Translations under genes and position numbers: made by a program
Part shown: piece after piece, positions 19,988 to 29,937 of the stretch
Layout: each line of letters opens with the position of its first letter
Numbering within the stretch: position 1 is the stretch's first letter
Assembly (NCBI GenBank): GCA_965646445.1
Contig: CBFFZW010000005.1
Location: 1 to 64,000, forward strand
Direction of reading: 5' to 3'
From: an uncultured Christensenellales bacterium
GTDB lineage: Bacteria; Bacillota; Clostridia; Christensenellales; Aristaeellaceae
DNA length: 64,000 bases
Notes under the pieces: model-generated
What the model was told of the DNA's origin: nothing
The model's input: the letters and a program-made list of their open reading frames with translations, nothing else
Databases searched by the model: none

Positions 19988-20834
19988 GTGAAAAGAACTA
20001 AAATGGGCCTGGCCAGGCTGCTGATGTACGGGCTGCTCCTGCTGGTGGCGCTGTTTGCCCTGTTCCCGGTGGCGTATATCCTGCTGGCCTCCTTCAAGTC
20101 CAATCAGCAGATTCTGGTGGGCGGCACCAACATTTTTCCCACGGAATGGCACATCGAAAATTACATCGACGCCTGGAATCTGGCCAACTTCGGCACGCTG
20201 ACCCTGAACAGCGTTTACTATGCCTTCTTCGTCGTCATCGGCTGCATCCTGACGGCCACGGTGAGCGGATACGTTTTTCCCGGGGCAGGACGCGGCTGAC
20301 CAGGATCGTCTACCGCATGGTGCTGTGCTCGCTGTTCATTTCCATCGGCACCCTGGCGCTGTATCCCCAGCTGAGCCTGGCCAAGGGCATGGGCCTGAGC
20401 GGTACCCTGTGGGGGCCCATCGTCATCCGCGTGTTCGGCATGAACGCCACCCAGGTGTTTATCGCCACGGGCAACGTCAACCAGATTCCCCGGGAGCTGG
20501 ACGAGGCGGCGAAGATCGACGGCTGCGGCTTTCTGGGCATTTTCTGGCGGATTGTGCTGCCGCTGCTCAAGCCGCTAATCGCCACGTGGGTCTCATTGCC
20601 TTTCGCACCGCCTGGAGCGACTATCTGCTGCCGTATGTCTTCACCATTTCCAAGCGGGCCCGGTGGCCGCTGGTGGTGGGCGTCATCAGCCTGAAGTCCA
20701 GCGGGGAGGCGGCTTCCTCCTGGAACCTGATGCTGGCGGGCATAAGCATATCCATCCTGCCGATGCTGGTGGTCTATCTTCTGCTGAACAGGTATTTCAT
20801 TACGGGACTGACGGAGGGCTCGGTCAAGGGCTGA
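19988..20834 (+). pseudogene. carbohydrate ABC transporter permease (MalG/UgpE-like) with two frameshifts (~20274-20285 and ~20584-20600)
   Basis: Three successive ORFs in three frames reconstruct one ~280 aa permease (EAAKIDGCGFLGIFWRIVLPLLKPLIAT motif). Confidence 0.75.
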
Positions 20835-20850
20835 GCGGAAAGGATAGAGG

Positions 20851-22284
20851 ATGAGCGTTTATCGCGAGGTTTTGGATACCCCCATCGGTACGGCTTATGA
20901 CGTGGTGGTGGCGGGCGGCGGCTCGGCCGGGTTTGCCGCGGCGCTGAACGCGGCGCGGAACGGCGCCCGGACGCTGCTGATTGAACGGGAATTCATGCTG
21001 GGCGGCATCATGACAGCGGGGCTGATGGCGAAGATGGCCATCGAGCCTTACATGACGGGGATCCCCACGGAATTCATGGCGCGGCTGGGAAAGCGGCGCA
21101 TGGCCATTCCCTACGATGGTTTCCCGGCGCCGTGGCCGCCCTCGGAGATGACGGAGGTGCCGGTGGACCCGGAGGCCTGCAAGTTGCTGGCGGAGGAAAT
21201 GCTGACGGAGGCCGGTGTGCGCGTGCTGTACGGCGCCCAGGTGGTCGGCGTGACGCAGGCAGAAGGCCAGGTTGAAGGCGTTGTGGTGGAGAACAAGAGC
21301 GGCCGCAGCGTCGTCCCGGGGAAGGTGTTCATTGACGCCACGGGGGACGGCGATCTGTGCGCCCGGGCTGGGGCGGCGTTTGAGTTCGGCATGGCGGGCA
21401 ACGGCCGCTGCTCCGCCGCCAACATGCTGTCCAGGGTGGCGGGGGTCGATCTGGCCAGAACCATCGACTACCTGGAAGCCCATCCGGGGGAGCTGACCAG
21501 GCGGAAGCGGCGGGGCACCGTGGGCGATGAGATCATCCCGGCGCTACTGCGGGACTATGCCCTCAGCGACCGGCCGCAGTTTGTGTCCATCGGCAACTTT
21601 GACGAGACCGTGGCACGGCTCCTGGCGGATCCCGCCGTCAGCGAATGGGAAAAGAACATGCTGCGCCTGCGCAGCGGCATCGCGTTCATGAATACCCCCA
21701 TCCGGGGCCAGGTGCTGCTGAACGTGGGTCGCGTGACCGGTGCCGACCCGCTGGATGCTCTGGCGCTGTCCGACGCCATCATGGAGAGCCGCCGTCAGAA
21801 CTGGTACGCCTACCGCTTCCTGCGGGAGAACATTCCCGGCTTTGAGGACGCCGTGCTGATTGAAACGGCGGCGATGCTGGGTGTGCGGGAATCCCGGCGG
21901 GTGATGGGCGACTACCGGCATACGCTGGAGGACTTCAAGGCGCGGGCGCGCTTCGACGACGCGATCCTGCGCAACAACGACAGCGTGGAATTCCACAATC
22001 CAGACGGCTCAGGGATCGTTTTTGAGCTGTACGAGCCGGGAGAATATGAGGAAATCTCCTATCGTTCCATCCTGGTGAAGGGATGGAAGAACCTGCTGGT
22101 GGCGGGAAGGTGCTGGTCGGCGGATCAGATGGCGCTGTCCGCCAACCGAAGCATAGGCTTCTGCATGGGGATGGGGCAGGCCGCGGGCATGGCGGCGGCC
22201 CTGGCGGTGCGGGACGGCGTGGCGCTTCGGCAGATTGATGTGAGGGAGCTTCAGCGGGCGGTTTATCCGCTCAGGGAAGGGTAA
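20851..22284 (+). CDS. FAD-dependent oxidoreductase (PF12831-like)
   Basis: N-terminal YDVVVAGGGSAGFAAAL dinucleotide-binding motif, 477 aa. Confidence 0.8.
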   Translation: MSVYREVLDTPIGTAYDVVVAGGGSAGFAAALNAARNGARTLLIEREFMLGGIMTAGLMAKMAIEPYMTGIPTEFMARLGKRRMAIPYDGFPAPWPPSEMTEVPVDPEACKLLAEEMLTEAGVRVLYGAQVVGVTQAEGQVEGVVVENKSGRSVVPGKVFIDATGDGDLCARAGAAFEFGMAGNGRCSAANMLSRVAGVDLARTIDYLEAHPGELTRRKRRGTVGDEIIPALLRDYALSDRPQFVSIGNFDETVARLLADPAVSEWEKNMLRLRSGIAFMNTPIRGQVLLNVGRVTGADPLDALALSDAIMESRRQNWYAYRFLRENIPGFEDAVLIETAAMLGVRESRRVMGDYRHTLEDFKARARFDDAILRNNDSVEFHNPDGSGIVFELYEPGEYEEISYRSILVKGWKNLLVAGRCWSADQMALSANRSIGFCMGMGQAAGMAAALAVRDGVALRQIDVRELQRAVYPLREG

Positions 22285-22312
22285 TAAGCATTGTCCATCA
22301 TGGTATACGGCC

Positions 22313-23905
22313 ATGATGGACGTTTGCGCGCCATGGCATTCACGACGGATCATCAAGGAGGCGGAACGGTTGGTCTATTCGCTCTTGCTCCTGCTGCTTT
22401 TTTCGGCGCTTCTGCTCATCTTTGGCCGCAGGGATCGCTATGCCTATCTTTTTGTGGCCCTGAGCCTGGGGGCGGCGCTATCCTTCTTTTCCATCATCCT
22501 GCACATCAATATGTTCGGCAATTACTATTTCTATCAGCGCTCCGCCCTGTTCAAGCTGGATTATGTCATCTTCCGCTGGGTGGCGGATACCTTCCGCATC
22601 TCCATCGTGACCAACCTGCGCATCATGAACGCGGGCCTGGCGCTGTATCTGCTGGTGATGCCGCTGTTCAGCATCGAATTGCTGCGGTGGGATGAGAGCT
22701 CCCCCTGGGCCGGGCGGAGGAAGGCCCGGGCGCTCTGGTGGTGCCTGACGCCGGTTCTGGTGCTGTGGCTGTTCGATCCCTCGGTGTCTACCTCCATGTA
22801 TTTGCGCTATCAGCGCGCGGATCAGCCCGGATACATTTACCGGCTTTATAAAGCGGCGGAGCTGCTGAGCAAGGCGGTGGTGCTGGCGCAGGTCATGGGG
22901 CCGATGACGCAGTTGCTGCGCTGCTGGCGGCGGATGCTGGTACGCTTCTTCAAACGGCGGATCGCGCTGTTCAGCCTGTGCCTGGCGCTGTTCAACCTGC
23001 TGTTTTACGGCTTCTTCTTCCTCAGTCCCTTCAGCGTGTCGGCGGACAAGGTGTGCCGCAGCGGCTTCTGGATTTTCGAGAACGTGCAGTTCCGCAGTTA
23101 TGCCATCTACTATGGCTTCCCCATGGTGGTGTTCGTGCTCAGCGTCATGTGCATGGTCATCCTGTTCAGCTTCCAGATGGACGTATCCATGACGGTGTTT
23201 TTCGAGCGGCGGGTACGCACGAACATCCGCGTGATGAACGAGGCCTTCAGCGAGGTGATGCACGCTCAGAAGAATCTGCTCTTTGCCCTGCGCATCCTGG
23301 CCCGGAAGACGGAGAAGGCCTGCCCGGAGGCCGCCGCCTGCGAGCCCTTCCGCCGCATGGACAGCCTGATCGGCACCTCTCTGGAACATACGGCGCAGCT
23401 GCTGGACAGCCTGCGGGAGATCCGGCTGACCTATCTCTACAACGATCTGCTTGCCATTGTGGACAGCGCGGTGCGGGAAACCGCCGCCCCGGAGCATATT
23501 CGGATGCTGTGGGCGCCGGAACGCTACCGGGGGATGGATCTGAACGGCATGTATGACAAGTACCATTTGAAAAAGGCCATCGGCAACGTGATGAACAACG
23601 CCGTGGAGGCCGTCGTCCGTTCGGGGAAGGCCGAGGGGCGAATCACCGTGGAGCTGGTGCGGGTCTTCCGCTGGATTGCGATTGTGGTGACGGACAACGG
23701 TACGGGCATCGACCGGCGCAGCCGCAGGAAGGTCTTTGAGCCGCACTTTTCCGTCCGGCGGGGCCCCATGAACTGGGGGATGGGACTGACCTACACCTAC
23801 AAGGTGCTCAAGGCGCATTTGGGTCAGGTCAAAATCGACAGCGCCATGGGGCGGTACACCTCTGTGCTGCTGCTGTTGCCGCAAAGAAAGGGGATGAACG
23901 TGTGA
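22313..23905 (+). CDS. polytopic membrane sensor histidine kinase
   Basis: ~8-10 TM helices N-terminal, C-terminal HATPase_c (VTDNGTGID, GMGLTYTYKV). Confidence 0.7.
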   Translation: MMDVCAPWHSRRIIKEAERLVYSLLLLLLFSALLLIFGRRDRYAYLFVALSLGAALSFFSIILHINMFGNYYFYQRSALFKLDYVIFRWVADTFRISIVTNLRIMNAGLALYLLVMPLFSIELLRWDESSPWAGRRKARALWWCLTPVLVLWLFDPSVSTSMYLRYQRADQPGYIYRLYKAAELLSKAVVLAQVMGPMTQLLRCWRRMLVRFFKRRIALFSLCLALFNLLFYGFFFLSPFSVSADKVCRSGFWIFENVQFRSYAIYYGFPMVVFVLSVMCMVILFSFQMDVSMTVFFERRVRTNIRVMNEAFSEVMHAQKNLLFALRILARKTEKACPEAAACEPFRRMDSLIGTSLEHTAQLLDSLREIRLTYLYNDLLAIVDSAVRETAAPEHIRMLWAPERYRGMDLNGMYDKYHLKKAIGNVMNNAVEAVVRSGKAEGRITVELVRVFRWIAIVVTDNGTGIDRRSRRKVFEPHFSVRRGPMNWGMGLTYTYKVLKAHLGQVKIDSAMGRYTSVLLLLPQRKGMNV

Positions 23906-24573
23906 TCCGGCTGCTGATTGCTGACGATATGGAGGACATCCGCACCTATTTGAGCGAGGAGATCACGGCCTGCGCCCGGCATATCGAGGTTGTGGGTCAG
24001 GCGGCCAGCGGCGCGGAGGCGGTGGCGCTGACCCGGGCCCTTCGGCCGGATGTGGTGCTGATGGATGTGCAGATGGAGACCATGACAGCGGGAATCGACG
24101 CCATTGAGATCATCCATCGGGCATGCCCGGAGATCAGGTGCGTGACCCTGTCCATGCACCAAAATGATGAATACATGCTCCGCGCGTATCTGGTGGGAGC
24201 CTGCGCGTACATCGTCAAAACGAGTACGCCGGAGGACATCGTGCGCTCCATCGACAACGTGATGAAGAACACCCTGCAGCTGCAGCCGGAGGTGGCGGCC
24301 AGGATCATCCAGGAGTATCAGCGGATCAAGCAGGATGAGTCCGTCATCAAGGACATCCTGCGCGTTATCATGAAAATCAGCGCCTCGGAATACGAAATCC
24401 TTCGCCTGGTCTATGACGGGTATACCTATCAGGCCATCGCCGAGCAGCGCTTCGTTCAGGAAACAACCATCCGTTCCCAGGTGAATCACATTCTGAAAAA
24501 ATTCAATAAGAAGCGTATGCGGGACGTGATCCGCATGCTCAGGGACGTGTCCTTCTTTGACAAGCTGGAATAG
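23902..24573 (+). CDS. response regulator, LuxR/NarL family (REC + HTH)
   Basis: LLIADDMEDIR, phospho-acceptor D in VVLMDVQME, C-terminal LuxR HTH; GTG start overlapping HK stop. Confidence 0.85.
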   Translation: MIRLLIADDMEDIRTYLSEEITACARHIEVVGQAASGAEAVALTRALRPDVVLMDVQMETMTAGIDAIEIIHRACPEIRCVTLSMHQNDEYMLRAYLVGACAYIVKTSTPEDIVRSIDNVMKNTLQLQPEVAARIIQEYQRIKQDESVIKDILRVIMKISASEYEILRLVYDGYTYQAIAEQRFVQETTIRSQVNHILKKFNKKRMRDVIRMLRDVSFFDKLE

Positions 24574-24638
24574 CCCCTCTTGTTCCCGGCGGCCGCTTGT
24601 GCTATGATAGGGACATTCAGCCGAAGGGGGAGTGCGCC

Positions 24639-25049
24639 ATGGTTCGTCCCATCATGCGGGATATGCTGTTTCTGTCCCAGCCTTCTTTGCCCGCCACGCC
24701 GTCCGACACGGTCGTTATCACCGATCTGCGGGATACCCTGCGGGCCCACGCGGAGGGCTGCGTTGGCATGGCGGCGAACATGATCGGCGTCCACCGGCGG
24801 ATCATCATTGTGGCCATGGGGCCGACGGCGCTGGTGCTGGTGAACCCCGTCATCACGGAAAAGTGCGGCCCCTACGACGCGGAGGAGGGCTGCCTGTCCC
24901 TGGACGGGGTGCGGAGGACGAAGCGGTACCGCGACATTGAGGTGAGCTTTCAGGATGAAGCGTTCCGGCCCCGGCGTCAGGCTTTCAGCGGGTTTGCGGC
25001 GCAGATCATCCAGCATGAGATCGACCACTGCGACGGCAGGCTGATCTGA
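24639..25049 (+). CDS. def: peptide deformylase
   Basis: GCLS and QHEIDH motifs. Confidence 0.85.
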   Translation: MVRPIMRDMLFLSQPSLPATPSDTVVITDLRDTLRAHAEGCVGMAANMIGVHRRIIIVAMGPTALVLVNPVITEKCGPYDAEEGCLSLDGVRRTKRYRDIEVSFQDEAFRPRRQAFSGFAAQIIQHEIDHCDGRLI

Positions 25050-25060
25050 GGAGGCAGGGG

Positions 25061-25528
25061 ATGGCTGCGATTTATGTGGACGCCGACGCCTGCCCGGTCG
25101 TTGCCCTGGTGGAGGAAGGCGCCCGACGCTTCGGCCTGCCGGTAACGCTTTTGTGCGACGAGCATCATCTGCTGCGGTCGGATACCAGCGAGGTGCGGGT
25201 GGTGGCCTCCGGGGCGGACGCGGTGGATTTGGCACTGGTGAATCTGTGCCGCCGGGGGGACATCGTGGTGACGCAGGACTACGGCGTGGCGGCCATGGCC
25301 CTGGGACGCGGCGCGTCCGCCATCCGCCAGGACGGCCTGGTGTATACGGATGAAAACATTGACCGATTGCTGATGGAGCGCCATCTGGCCAGGAAGACCC
25401 GACGGGCCAGCGGCAAGCATCATCTTCATGGCCCGGCCCGACGCACCCGGGAGGATGACGCGCGCTTTGCCCAGGCCTTTGAGCGGCTGCTGGAGCAGGC
25501 GGTTCACGAAAAAAAGGAAGCTGACTGA
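25061..25528 (+). CDS. YaiI/YqgV (UPF0178, DUF188) family protein
   Basis: N-terminal IYVDADACPV signature. Confidence 0.8.
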   Translation: MAAIYVDADACPVVALVEEGARRFGLPVTLLCDEHHLLRSDTSEVRVVASGADAVDLALVNLCRRGDIVVTQDYGVAAMALGRGASAIRQDGLVYTDENIDRLLMERHLARKTRRASGKHHLHGPARRTREDDARFAQAFERLLEQAVHEKKEAD

Positions 25529-25546
25529 AGCAGCTTCCTTTTATCA
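25514..25546. terminator. bidirectional rho-independent terminator
   Basis: AAGGAAGCTG...CAGCTTCCTT hairpin with flanking A/T runs between convergent yaiI and pyrG. Confidence 0.7.
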
Positions 25547-25560
25547 TGCAGATAGGCTGT

Positions 25561-27165
25561 TTATTCTCCATGGGCCAGGGCCGCGCCCACAAAGTCCCGG
25601 AAGAGGGGATGGGGGCGGTTGGGCCGGCTCTTCAGCTCGGGGTGGAACTGTACGCCCACAAACCAGGGGTGGTCGGCAATTTCCACGATTTCCACCAGGT
25701 TCCGCTCGGGGTTGCGTCCGGCCACGGTCATGCCGCCGGCAATGAAGCGGGTCATGTATTCATTGTTGAATTCATAACGGTGGCGGTGGCGCTCCTCGAT
25801 TTCCTCCTGACCGTAAGCCTTGTAGCTGTTGGTGCCGGGGAGCAGCGAGCAGCGATACTTGCCCAGGCGCATGGTGTGGCCCAGGTTCTGCAGGTTCTGG
25901 TCGGGCATCAGGTCGATGACGGGGTAGGTGGTGTTGGGATCCAGCTCGGAGGTGTTGGCGTCCCGCAGATCCAGGACGTGCCGGGCGAACTCGATCACCG
26001 CCATCTGCATGCCCAGGCAGATGCCGAAGAAGGGAATCTTCTTCTCCCGGGCGTACTGGATGGCGATCATCTTGCCCTCCAGGCCCCGCTGACCGAAGCC
26101 GCCCGGCACCAGGATGCCGTCGCAGCCCGCCAGGGTGTGGGCCACGTTTTCCTGGGTGAGGTCGGCGGACTGAATCCAGCGGATGTTGACCTTGGCCCCG
26201 TGGGCGATGCCGCCGTGGGTGAGGGCTTCCACAATGGAAAGATAAGCGTCGGGGAGCTCCACATACTTGCCCACCAGGGCGATGGTGGTTTCCCGCTCGG
26301 GGTGCAGCTGACGCTCCACCATGGCCGTCCAGCCGGTAAGGTCGCAGTTCATGCCCCCCAGGCCCAGCAGCTGGCAGACCTTTTCGTCAAGGCCCTCCTG
26401 GTGCAGCAGCAGCGGCACCTCGTAAATGCTGCGGGCGTTGAGGTTCTGGAAGACCCGATCCGCGGGCAGGTTGCAGAACAGGCCGATCTTGGCCCGGACA
26501 TCCGCCGGAACCTCATGGTCGCAGCGGCAGACCAGAATATCCGGGCTGATGCCGATGCCGCACAGCTCCTTGACGGAATGCTGGGTGGGCTTCGTCTTCA
26601 GCTCCCCGGCGGCGCGGATGTAGGGCACCAGGGTGACGTGGATGTACAGGCTGTTTTCAAAGCCGACCTCCGCCCGCATCTGCCGGATGGCCTCCAGGAA
26701 GGGGAGGGACTCGATGTCGCCCACGGTGCCGCCGATTTCGGTGATGACCACATCGGGGGCGTCCTGCTGGCGGGAAACAAGCAGGATGTTCCGCTTGATT
26801 TCATTGGTGATATGGGGGATGACCTGAATGGTCGCGCCCAGGTATTCGCCCCGGCGCTCCCGGTCGATGACGGTCTTGTATACGCGGCCGGAGGTCACGT
26901 TGGCGGCCTGGGTGAGGCTTTCGTCCACAAAGCGCTCGTAGTGCCCCAGATCGAGGTCGGTTTCCGCGCCGTCGTCGGTGACGAAGACCTCGCCGTGCTG
27001 ATAGGGGTTCATGGTGCCGGGATCAACGTTGATGTAGGGGTCGAATTTCTGGATCGACACCTTCAGCCCGCGGCACTTGAGCAGGCGGCCCAGGGATGCG
27101 GCGGTGATGCCCTTGCCCAGGGAAGAAACCACGCCTCCGGTAACAAAAATGAACTTGGTGCTCAT
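25561..27165 (-). CDS. pyrG: CTP synthase
   Basis: Full-length strong match: [13 protein letters not shown], glutamine amidotransferase domain with GICLGMQ. Confidence 0.95.
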   Translation of the reverse strand: MSTKFIFVTGGVVSSLGKGITAASLGRLLKCRGLKVSIQKFDPYINVDPGTMNPYQHGEVFVTDDGAETDLDLGHYERFVDESLTQAANVTSGRVYKTVIDRERRGEYLGATIQVIPHITNEIKRNILLVSRQQDAPDVVITEIGGTVGDIESLPFLEAIRQMRAEVGFENSLYIHVTLVPYIRAAGELKTKPTQHSVKELCGIGISPDILVCRCDHEVPADVRAKIGLFCNLPADRVFQNLNARSIYEVPLLLHQEGLDEKVCQLLGLGGMNCDLTGWTAMVERQLHPERETTIALVGKYVELPDAYLSIVEALTHGGIAHGAKVNIRWIQSADLTQENVAHTLAGCDGILVPGGFGQRGLEGKMIAIQYAREKKIPFFGICLGMQMAVIEFARHVLDLRDANTSELDPNTTYPVIDLMPDQNLQNLGHTMRLGKYRCSLLPGTNSYKAYGQEEIEERHRHRYEFNNEYMTRFIAGGMTVAGRNPERNLVEIVEIADHPWFVGVQFHPELKSRPNRPHPLFRDFVGAALAHGE

Positions 27166-27239
27166 GTTGAAAACCCCTTTCGTAAGCGGCGCTCCACAAT
27201 GGATGCCCATAACGCCCGCGCCATGGTTTCGGACACTTT

Positions 27240-27268
27240 AGTATAGAAGGAAGCGGGGCGTTCGTCAA
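27240..27268 (-). promoter_or_regulatory. candidate pyrG promoter TTGACG-17-TATACT
   Basis: Read on minus strand; ~75-nt leader with GC-rich hairpin before RBS. Confidence 0.45.
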
Positions 27269-27414
27269 GGGGAAGTGCAGGAAAAAATCAGGCTTCGCGC
27301 GGGGAAAATGCGGCCCCGGCAAGATTGTGACCAGGGAGGACAGGTTGGCACGAGCCTTCGCGTGAATATGGAAAATGCCGGAGAGCACGCTGGCCCTCCG
27401 ACATCTTCCGGGGT

Positions 27415-27939
27415 TTACGGCAGCTTGACGATATACGCCGCGCCGATCTGGGCGGGCAGGGACATGGTCATCGCGCCGCTGAAGTACACCCGCAGGCGCG
27501 CGCCGGCGGTCACATCGGACATCAGGGCTTCCGGGGCGTTGACAATGACCAGCTCGCCGTCATCCCGGGTGAGGGCGAAGCTGCCCTCCTGAACCTCGCC
27601 CACCACGCCGTCAAAGGCGGTGGCGCGAACCGTCTGTGCGTAAACCTGACCAGGCAGGGAACGGGTCATAATGCCGTCGTAGATGACATAAACATAATCG
27701 CCCACGCCAAGGCCGTCCTGTCCGGGAATGCTGATCTCCATTACGGTGTCATCGTCCAGGTTGGCCTGCACCTGCTGGCCGTCGTCGGTGGTGATGAGCA
27801 TGGCGTCCCCGGTCAGCATGGTGACAACGCCGCTGATGTCCACAAGGTCCGCGGCAGGGGCTTCGACATCAGTGGGAAGCGCTCCGGCGCCGGTCAGGGC
27901 GAAGGCGGCGGTGAGAAGAATCGCAAAAAGCTTGTTCAT
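27415..27939 (-). CDS. secreted hypothetical protein with internal tandem duplication
   Basis: Signal peptide MNKLFAILLTAAFALTGAGA; two ~65-aa repeats sharing GxV...DGxxV...P motif. Confidence 0.5.
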   Translation of the reverse strand: MNKLFAILLTAAFALTGAGALPTDVEAPAADLVDISGVVTMLTGDAMLITTDDGQQVQANLDDDTVMEISIPGQDGLGVGDYVYVIYDGIMTRSLPGQVYAQTVRATAFDGVVGEVQEGSFALTRDDGELVIVNAPEALMSDVTAGARLRVYFSGAMTMSLPAQIGAAYIVKLP

Positions 27940-28236
27940 GGTGGTACCTCCTGTGTGTTGGTTTCATCCTATCAGACGAAGCATGGCGCGAAATGTTCCC
28001 GCCATTGAAAAAATTTTTTTCGGCTCATGCAGATCGGCTATGCTGCGCGGCAGGCAAACGGGAAGGGGGTTGCCAGTTCTGGTGACATTTGGAGCGGCTT
28101 CCAAGCATTGATGGGGAGAAAAAATGTATCAAATAAGCATAATGGGATGACAAAATCATCTATTTCAGCTATAATAATCTCTGTCAAGATGCTGGTACGA
28201 AAGGCGCGGCATCAATTCCAAGAGGAGGATGGACAC

Positions 28237-29817
28237 ATGAAAAAGATTTCTGCTCTGCTTCTGGCGCTCCTGATGCTGGCCCTGCCGGCCATGAGCCTGG
28301 CGGCTACCAACGTGACGGTGACGCTCTCGCCCGCGGAGGAACTGGCGGCGATGCTGGGCGACGAGATCGGGGGCATCTACCGCGATATGGTGAACGCCCT
28401 GGGCCTTACGGGCTACAAGGATGCGGAAGGCCATCAGGGCGGCGTGGCGCTGTGCCTGAACGGCGCGGAGGTGGCGTCCTTTGACGCCGCGGCCAAGGAT
28501 AATACCCTTTATTTGAAGAGCAACTTCCTGGGCGACAAGGTGCTGGCGGTAAACGAGGAGGAATGGCAGCCCCTGCTGGAGCGGCTCATTGACCTGCTCG
28601 CGTCGGCTGGCGGCCTGGACGCGGACGATGTGCAGCAGATGAAGGCCGAGCTGGCGGCCGCCATGGTCGGCGGTCTGAGCCAGAGCGCCGCGCCGCAGCT
28701 GACCGAGGCCGACATCCTGGCCCTGGACTGGACGCCCGCGATCGAGGCGGTCATGCCCGTGGCGGAAAAGGCCGAGGTGGCGGAAGTCAAGGAACAGCCC
28801 GAAGGCTGTGATGCCGCCAGCCAGATGATGACCATGGTGCTGACCGGCAAGGATATTGTCGCGGTGTACCAGGCGATGGCCCAGGTGCTGGGCTCCAGCA
28901 ACGCGATCATGGCTTATCTGGATACGACGCTGGCCACCGCGGGCATGACTGGCACGGCGCTGCTGGACGCCATGGTGGAGGAGATGAAAACGTCCACCGC
29001 CAACATGAAGGATGTCACCGTCACCGTTTATATGAACGAGGCGGGCGACGTGGTGTGCGTCGATATGCCCGTGGAGATTGTTGACGAGGACGAGACGGTG
29101 AAGGTTGCCGCCAGCTACAAGCGGCTGACCGACGAGCACGGCGTCAACCACCGGTTCACCATGCCCATGACCGCTGACGGCGAGCAGCTGCTGGCCTTTG
29201 ACCTGAATGTGCTGGATGCCGGCGACGCGGGCATGCTCACCCTGGATGCCAACCTGGCGGATGTGCTGAAGCTGACGGCCAGCGGCGTCTTTGACGATGA
29301 GAACATGGACATCACCACGACCCTGGCGGCGGATGACATGAATATTGAGGTCAAGGTCGTCGGGTCAAAGGAGGCCACCGACTTCAGCCTGACCATGGAC
29401 ATGGACGGCGCAACGATCGCCCTGGCCGTCAACAATGTGACCACGCAGAGTGAGAAGGAAACCGTGCGCACCGGCTCGGTGAACGTGGGCGTGACGGAGC
29501 AGGGTACCACCATGGGCCTGCTGGGCAATTATGCCGCGGTCTCCGCGACGGACGGCTCTGCCGATAAGGTGATGTGCGAGCTTGGCGTGGATCTGATGGG
29601 CAACCAGCTGCCGCTGGTGACGGTGATGGTCGACATCGACCGCACGGCGGAAGCCAAGGCCTCCATCGTGACCGAGGACGCCATCCACCCCGCTCAGCTG
29701 ACCGACGAGGAGTTGAACGCCCTGGGCGCGGAGATCGCTCAGACGGCCATGAACCAGGCGATTGTCCTGATGCAGAGCCTGCCCGAGAGCATTTTGAACC
29801 TGATGATGGCGCAGTAA
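28237..29817 (+). CDS. secreted acidic Ala/Asp/Thr-rich hypothetical protein
   Basis: ATG 28237 after AGAGGAGGA RBS, signal peptide MKKISALLLALLMLALPAMSLA; no recognisable domain. Confidence 0.5.
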   Translation: MKKISALLLALLMLALPAMSLAATNVTVTLSPAEELAAMLGDEIGGIYRDMVNALGLTGYKDAEGHQGGVALCLNGAEVASFDAAAKDNTLYLKSNFLGDKVLAVNEEEWQPLLERLIDLLASAGGLDADDVQQMKAELAAAMVGGLSQSAAPQLTEADILALDWTPAIEAVMPVAEKAEVAEVKEQPEGCDAASQMMTMVLTGKDIVAVYQAMAQVLGSSNAIMAYLDTTLATAGMTGTALLDAMVEEMKTSTANMKDVTVTVYMNEAGDVVCVDMPVEIVDEDETVKVAASYKRLTDEHGVNHRFTMPMTADGEQLLAFDLNVLDAGDAGMLTLDANLADVLKLTASGVFDDENMDITTTLAADDMNIEVKVVGSKEATDFSLTMDMDGATIALAVNNVTTQSEKETVRTGSVNVGVTEQGTTMGLLGNYAAVSATDGSADKVMCELGVDLMGNQLPLVTVMVDIDRTAEAKASIVTEDAIHPAQLTDEELNALGAEIAQTAMNQAIVLMQSLPESILNLMMAQ

Positions 29818-29838
29818 ACGGGTCGGAAATAGAAGCAA

Positions 29839-29876
29839 GCGGGGTACGCGGTTGAAGCTGCGTACCCCGCTTTTTT
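29839..29876. terminator. rho-independent terminator
   Basis: GCGGGGTACGC...GCGTACCCCGC + TTTTTT. Confidence 0.75.
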
Positions 29877-29937
29877 GCGTCCAAAGCGAGCTTTTGCAAT
29901 CACTTTTCGGCATTGATTTTGCGATCATGATGACGTG

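Noticed and set aside
17830-20103. 757-aa minus-strand ORF
   Set aside because: Antisense to SBP/permease genes; no protein-like motifs
25546-27246. 566-aa plus-strand ORF
   Set aside because: Antisense to pyrG, which is unambiguous
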